A stretch of 29,910 bases of DNA from a virus (lineage: Duplodnaviria > Caudoviricetes), in the IMG/VR virus record IMGVR_UViG_3300038317_000212, positions 1 through 29,910 of that record; one strand, 5' to 3'. The translations under genes were made by a program, and so were the position numbers. Within the stretch, counting starts at the first letter, position 1, and each line of letters starts with the position of its first letter. Positions 26,589 through 29,910 of the stretch are shown in pieces. The notes under the pieces are model-generated. The model did no database searches. It had not been told where the DNA came from and saw nothing but the letters and a program-made list of their open reading frames with translations.

Positions 26589-28740
26589 ATTGACACTTGG
26601 TTCCCTCTTTGATGGCAGTGGTGGTTTTCCTTTAGGTGGTTTGCTTTGTGGCATTGAGCCTTTATGGGCATCTGAAATTGAGCCGTTTCCTGTACGGGTT
26701 ACGACCAAACGCATCCCTCAGATGAAGCATTATGGGGATATCAACAAATTGAATGGTGCGGAGCTTCCGCCTGTAGATATTATAACCTTTGGCTCTCCCT
26801 GCACAGATATGAGTGTGGCGGGGAAAAGAGCTGGTCTGGATGGAGAGCAATCCGTCCTTTTTTATGAAGCAATCCGAATTATCAAGGAAATGAGGTGTAA
26901 GACCAATGGACAATATCCAAGGTATGCAGTATGGGAAAATGTCCCCGGCGCATTCTCATCAAATAAAGGAGAAGACTTCAAGGCAGTCCTCGAAACGGTC
27001 ATCAGCGTCAAAGAGCCGAACACCTCGGTGCCTTTACCTGAAAAAGGACGATGGCCTTACGCAGACATCTATATGGGAGACGGATGGAGTGTGGCTTACC
27101 GAACTATCGATGCGCAATATTTCGGAGTCCCCCAACGTCGTCGTAGAATCTACCTTGTCGCAGATTTTGCAGACAAATGTGCCGGAGAAATACTATTTGA
27201 GTCCGAAGGCATGCCAAGGGATTTTACGCCGAGCGGCAGCCCGTGGCAAAGAACTGCCGACAATGCTAAAAACTGCACTGGAAAAACAGGCGATAGCATA
27301 ACTTGCCTAAATGACCAAGGCGGAAGAGTGATGTCTGTTTCTAAAGATATTACAGCAACACTTCGAGCAGAGGAACATGGACATCAGCCTTGCATAATGC
27401 AGTCAAGCGGATTTTGTACTGAACACAGTGCCAAGAGCAGAAGTGTAGGATATGAGGAAGAACGCTCCCCTACACTTAGAGCAGGTGTTGTCCCGGGTGC
27501 AGTCATGTCCTTTGAACCGGGCGCTGCTTCTCGAGTTGGTGGCCATACTGACGAAAACTTAAGTGGATCACTTCGTGCAAACATGGGAGATAATCAAACA
27601 GCTGTAGTCATAGAAAACCATCCAACTGATAGCCGTGTGAAACTCTCGGAGGATAATAAAGTACAGACGCTGACTTCTCGGATGGGAACTGGTGGCGGGA
27701 ATGTACCCCTTATTATGAACACTCCTAAAACGTTAAAAATCCGCTCCGGCTGTGAAGGCGGTGGTAAGGGTGCATTGATACAAGATGATAAGTCTGCAAC
27801 TCTTGGATGCAATAATGATCAAACCGTTTTTGTGCCTACCGCATATGGAATCTGCTCTGATAAAAGCAATTCCATGCAGTCAAGCAATCCACATAGCGGT
27901 ATATATGAAGCGGATACTTCTCGAACTATTGATGCCAATGGAGGAAATCCAGGGTGTAATCAAGGTGGTATTGCAGTGGTTGCTCTGCAAGGCTCGATGA
28001 TTGGAAGAGAGGATAAAAACGGTCCCCAAGGAAGCGGTATAGATGAAGATGTTTCTTTTACGCTTAATACCGCTGATCGCCATGCTGTTGCCTATGCCAT
28101 GACTACCGGAGCCTATGCACAGGTCGAAGAAGATAAAGCACCTACTCTATTGTCGAGAGATTACAAGGATGCCCCTGTAGTGACTCAGCCCTCTTACGGT
28201 ATTGATCGGGCGGCTTTTAATCAAGGAAAGAACGCTCTATTTAAACCGACTATAGATGAAGAACAGCAACCTACGCTCACAGCAAAAGGTCCTGGAGCAG
28301 TGGCGCACCCAGCTTCGTTTTATCCTCAGATGAAAGCTGAAAGTCAATGCTACAGACAGGACGATACATCAAATACGATTATCAATGGTACCAATCCAGG
28401 CTATCAAAATGGATTGGTTGAGCCGGACTATATTGTTCGAAGGCTTACGCCAACGGAATGTGCAAGATTGCAAGGTTTTCCCGATGATTGGTGCGATGAT
28501 CTTGGTACGGAAAATCCTAAAGAAGATGAAATTTCATTCTGGACGCAGGTTTGGGAAACTCACCGCAAAATTATAGGTAAAAGCAAAAGGCCAAAAACAA
28601 GAAATAAGATTATAAAATGGCTTAACAATCCTCATTCCGATGCAGCTGAATATAAAATGTGGGGTAATGGCGTAGCACTTCCATGCGTTTGTTTTGTGCT
28701 GACTGGCATTGTGTTATCTACACAAAATACCGCCGATTAA
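26581..28740 (+). CDS. Large DNA (cytosine-5) methyltransferase with expanded variable region
   Basis: SLFDGSGG (I), GSPC (IV), ENV (VI), QRRRR (VIII), roughly 430 aa of variable region, RRLTPTECARLQGFPD (IX), GNGV (X). Confidence 0.92.
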   Translation: MSKLTLGSLFDGSGGFPLGGLLCGIEPLWASEIEPFPVRVTTKRIPQMKHYGDINKLNGAELPPVDIITFGSPCTDMSVAGKRAGLDGEQSVLFYEAIRIIKEMRCKTNGQYPRYAVWENVPGAFSSNKGEDFKAVLETVISVKEPNTSVPLPEKGRWPYADIYMGDGWSVAYRTIDAQYFGVPQRRRRIYLVADFADKCAGEILFESEGMPRDFTPSGSPWQRTADNAKNCTGKTGDSITCLNDQGGRVMSVSKDITATLRAEEHGHQPCIMQSSGFCTEHSAKSRSVGYEEERSPTLRAGVVPGAVMSFEPGAASRVGGHTDENLSGSLRANMGDNQTAVVIENHPTDSRVKLSEDNKVQTLTSRMGTGGGNVPLIMNTPKTLKIRSGCEGGGKGALIQDDKSATLGCNNDQTVFVPTAYGICSDKSNSMQSSNPHSGIYEADTSRTIDANGGNPGCNQGGIAVVALQGSMIGREDKNGPQGSGIDEDVSFTLNTADRHAVAYAMTTGAYAQVEEDKAPTLLSRDYKDAPVVTQPSYGIDRAAFNQGKNALFKPTIDEEQQPTLTAKGPGAVAHPASFYPQMKAESQCYRQDDTSNTIINGTNPGYQNGLVEPDYIVRRLTPTECARLQGFPDDWCDDLGTENPKEDEISFWTQVWETHRKIIGKSKRPKTRNKIIKWLNNPHSDAAEYKMWGNGVALPCVCFVLTGIVLSTQNTAD
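26906..27301 (+). CDS. Nested +1-frame ORF within the m5C MTase (EcoHK31I beta-like polypeptide)
   Basis: 131 aa; GAGGTG RBS ~10 nt upstream of the ATG; C-terminal LSQILQTNVPEKYYLSPKACQGILRRA..RGK.LP..L..AL. Confidence 0.6.
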   Translation: MDNIQGMQYGKMSPAHSHQIKEKTSRQSSKRSSASKSRTPRCLYLKKDDGLTQTSIWETDGVWLTELSMRNISESPNVVVESTLSQILQTNVPEKYYLSPKACQGILRRAAARGKELPTMLKTALEKQAIA

Positions 28741-28790
28741 TGGAACCGTATTTTCAAACCGTATTTTCTACAGAAAGATGCTCTAAATGA

Positions 28791-28822
28791 CTTGATATTA
28801 ACAGCTTTTAGAGTGATATATG
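28791..28822 (+). promoter_or_regulatory. Putative promoter for the downstream accessory genes
   Basis: CTTGATATTAACAGCTTTTAGAGTGATATATGT: TTGATA -35-like box and TG-extended AT-rich -10-like box. Confidence 0.4.
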
Positions 28823-28847
28823 TACGTACCGAAAGTAGAAAGGCGGT

Positions 28848-29546
28848 ATGAAAATGCAGATTAACTATAATGTTACAGGACCAAAAAGAAAAGCACTGGT
28901 TAACGCAATCAGCCAAGAACTAAATGCCCCTGTAAAATATCTCGGAGCACCTACATTTGCATATGAGGTGGCAGACTACAATGTTAACAAAAACGGAGTT
29001 CTAAGTGGACCAGACAATAAGGAACTGGTCGATGATCTATTGAGATTTCACGATTTCAAAGCAATTTCAGAAGAATTTGACACACCACTTCCGAAAGCAG
29101 AAGTAAATGAAAGGGAAGAATCTATCAATCTGATAATTCAAATGCCACGGGCGGATTTTACCGACACGGCAATCGAGAACCTAAAAGGATTAGTAGAAAG
29201 TAAAGCTACTCTTATAAAGAAAGCAATTGATACGGATTCCATTCCCATCATTGTATATGAGGAATTTGTAGCATTCCCTTGGTTTCAAGGTGAGTGCTCC
29301 TCAGAGGAGGTTAAGGCATACACCCATTTTGTCACGGCACTTTGCGAAATGGCGAAAAAACAGACCCGTGTCAACTCCACCGAGAAATCAGTAGAGAATG
29401 AAAAATATGCTTTCCGTTGCTTCCTGCTAAGGCTTGGTTTTATCGGACCAGAATATAAGATGGAACGAAAGATTCTCCTTTCCAAGCTTTCAGGTAGCTC
29501 CGCTTTTAAAAGCGGAACGGCCAAGCAGGAGGTGAGTGAACAATGA
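28848..29546 (+). CDS. Conserved phage protein (often labelled virulence-related protein)
   Basis: RK.LV.AI, YLGAPTFAY, FPWF, NEKYAFRCFLLRLGFIG.EYK..RK.LL..L.GSSAF. Start is 28848 or 28854. Confidence 0.8.
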   Translation: MKMQINYNVTGPKRKALVNAISQELNAPVKYLGAPTFAYEVADYNVNKNGVLSGPDNKELVDDLLRFHDFKAISEEFDTPLPKAEVNEREESINLIIQMPRADFTDTAIENLKGLVESKATLIKKAIDTDSIPIIVYEEFVAFPWFQGECSSEEVKAYTHFVTALCEMAKKQTRVNSTEKSVENEKYAFRCFLLRLGFIGPEYKMERKILLSKLSGSSAFKSGTAKQEVSEQ

Positions 29547-29770
29547 ATATCATTCACCCAGAAATGCTAAAGCAACTTAGAAGCTATTACACTCCAGGAA
29601 CACGTGTGATGCTACTTAAAATGAACGACCCTTATACTAAACTTCAGCCTGGATCTAAAGGTACGGTTACTAGTGTTGATGACATAGGAACGATTCATGT
29701 CAGTTGGGATTCGGGTGGTTCCCTTGGAGTAGCCTTTGGTGAGGATTTATGCAAGAGAATCGAAGAGTAA
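29543..29770 (+). CDS. DUF4314 domain protein
   Basis: GTRV.L..M.DPY....G..GTV..VDD.GTIHV.WD.G.SLG...GED. Confidence 0.82.
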   Translation: MNIIHPEMLKQLRSYYTPGTRVMLLKMNDPYTKLQPGSKGTVTSVDDIGTIHVSWDSGGSLGVAFGEDLCKRIEE

Positions 29771-29793
29771 ACATGAATCGGAGGAGGTAATAA

Positions 29794-29910
29794 ATGAATG
29801 AGATAATCAAAGAACAAATCCTTTCCATCCGAGAAAGTGGAGTCACAAATATGTTTGATGTGGACCGAGTACAGTATGAGGCAAATGAACGAGGGTTTTA
29901 TGAATTGGTA
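29794..29910 (+). CDS. DUF5049-like protein (3'-truncated by window edge)
   Basis: GGAGGAGG RBS; MNEIIKEQILSIRESGVTNMFDVDRVQYEANERGFYELV. Confidence 0.75.
   Translation, partial: MNEIIKEQILSIRESGVTNMFDVDRVQYEANERGFYELV

Larger units (their letters stand above)
2443..29910 (+). mobile_element. Prophage, phi-m46.1-like architecture (left part; continues beyond window)
   Basis: rlmD att followed by RM cargo, sigma-like gene, DUF2800-SSB-PolA, antirepressor, VapE, VRR-NUC, SNF2, HNH, TerS, MetK, MTases, DUF4314 and DUF5049, in the order known for this family. Confidence 0.85.

Noticed and set aside
653-29557. Numerous short antisense or off-frame ORFs in the six-frame track
   Set aside because: They are shadows of well-supported genes and lack RBSs or motifs. 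Only 26906-27301 had independent support.

Overview
Firmicute (Bacillota) mobile DNA throughout; no ordinary host housekeeping region is visible. Bases 1-2440 look like the right end of one integrated element: the C-terminal tail of a large serine recombinase, then two cargo genes bracketed by two diverged copies of a ~100-bp hairpin+promoter unit. At 2443-2484 lies an orphan 3' end of rlmD/rumA (HVECVVLMSRVEK*), a known serine-integrase att target, so this is probably a tandem-integration junction. From there a prophage resembling the phi-m46.1 family runs off the right edge. It carries, in order: an HTH-led LlaJI-like restriction-modification operon (amino-MTase, m5C-MTase, McrB-like GTPase, LlaJI-type nuclease); a divergent CGNR zinc-finger gene; a sigma-70 region-4 protein; DUF2800/SSB/DNA polymerase A; an AT-rich TetR/GAP-transporter moron; antirepressor, VapE primase-helicase, putative origin, VRR-NUC, SNF2 and a late activator; HNH and TerS; then MetK and two more DNA methyltransferases. 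The most striking observations are: (i) the 720-aa m5C MTase has about ten repeated TRD-like modules and a nested +1-frame ORF with its own RBS (EcoHK31I-like); (ii) a bipartite AATCCTCAAC-N16-GGCTAWTAGGTAGAGG motif occurs twice and may be the promoter of the element's own sigma factor; (iii) the duplicated hairpin+promoter unit shows compensatory base changes. All family assignments come from motif recognition by eye, not database searches.
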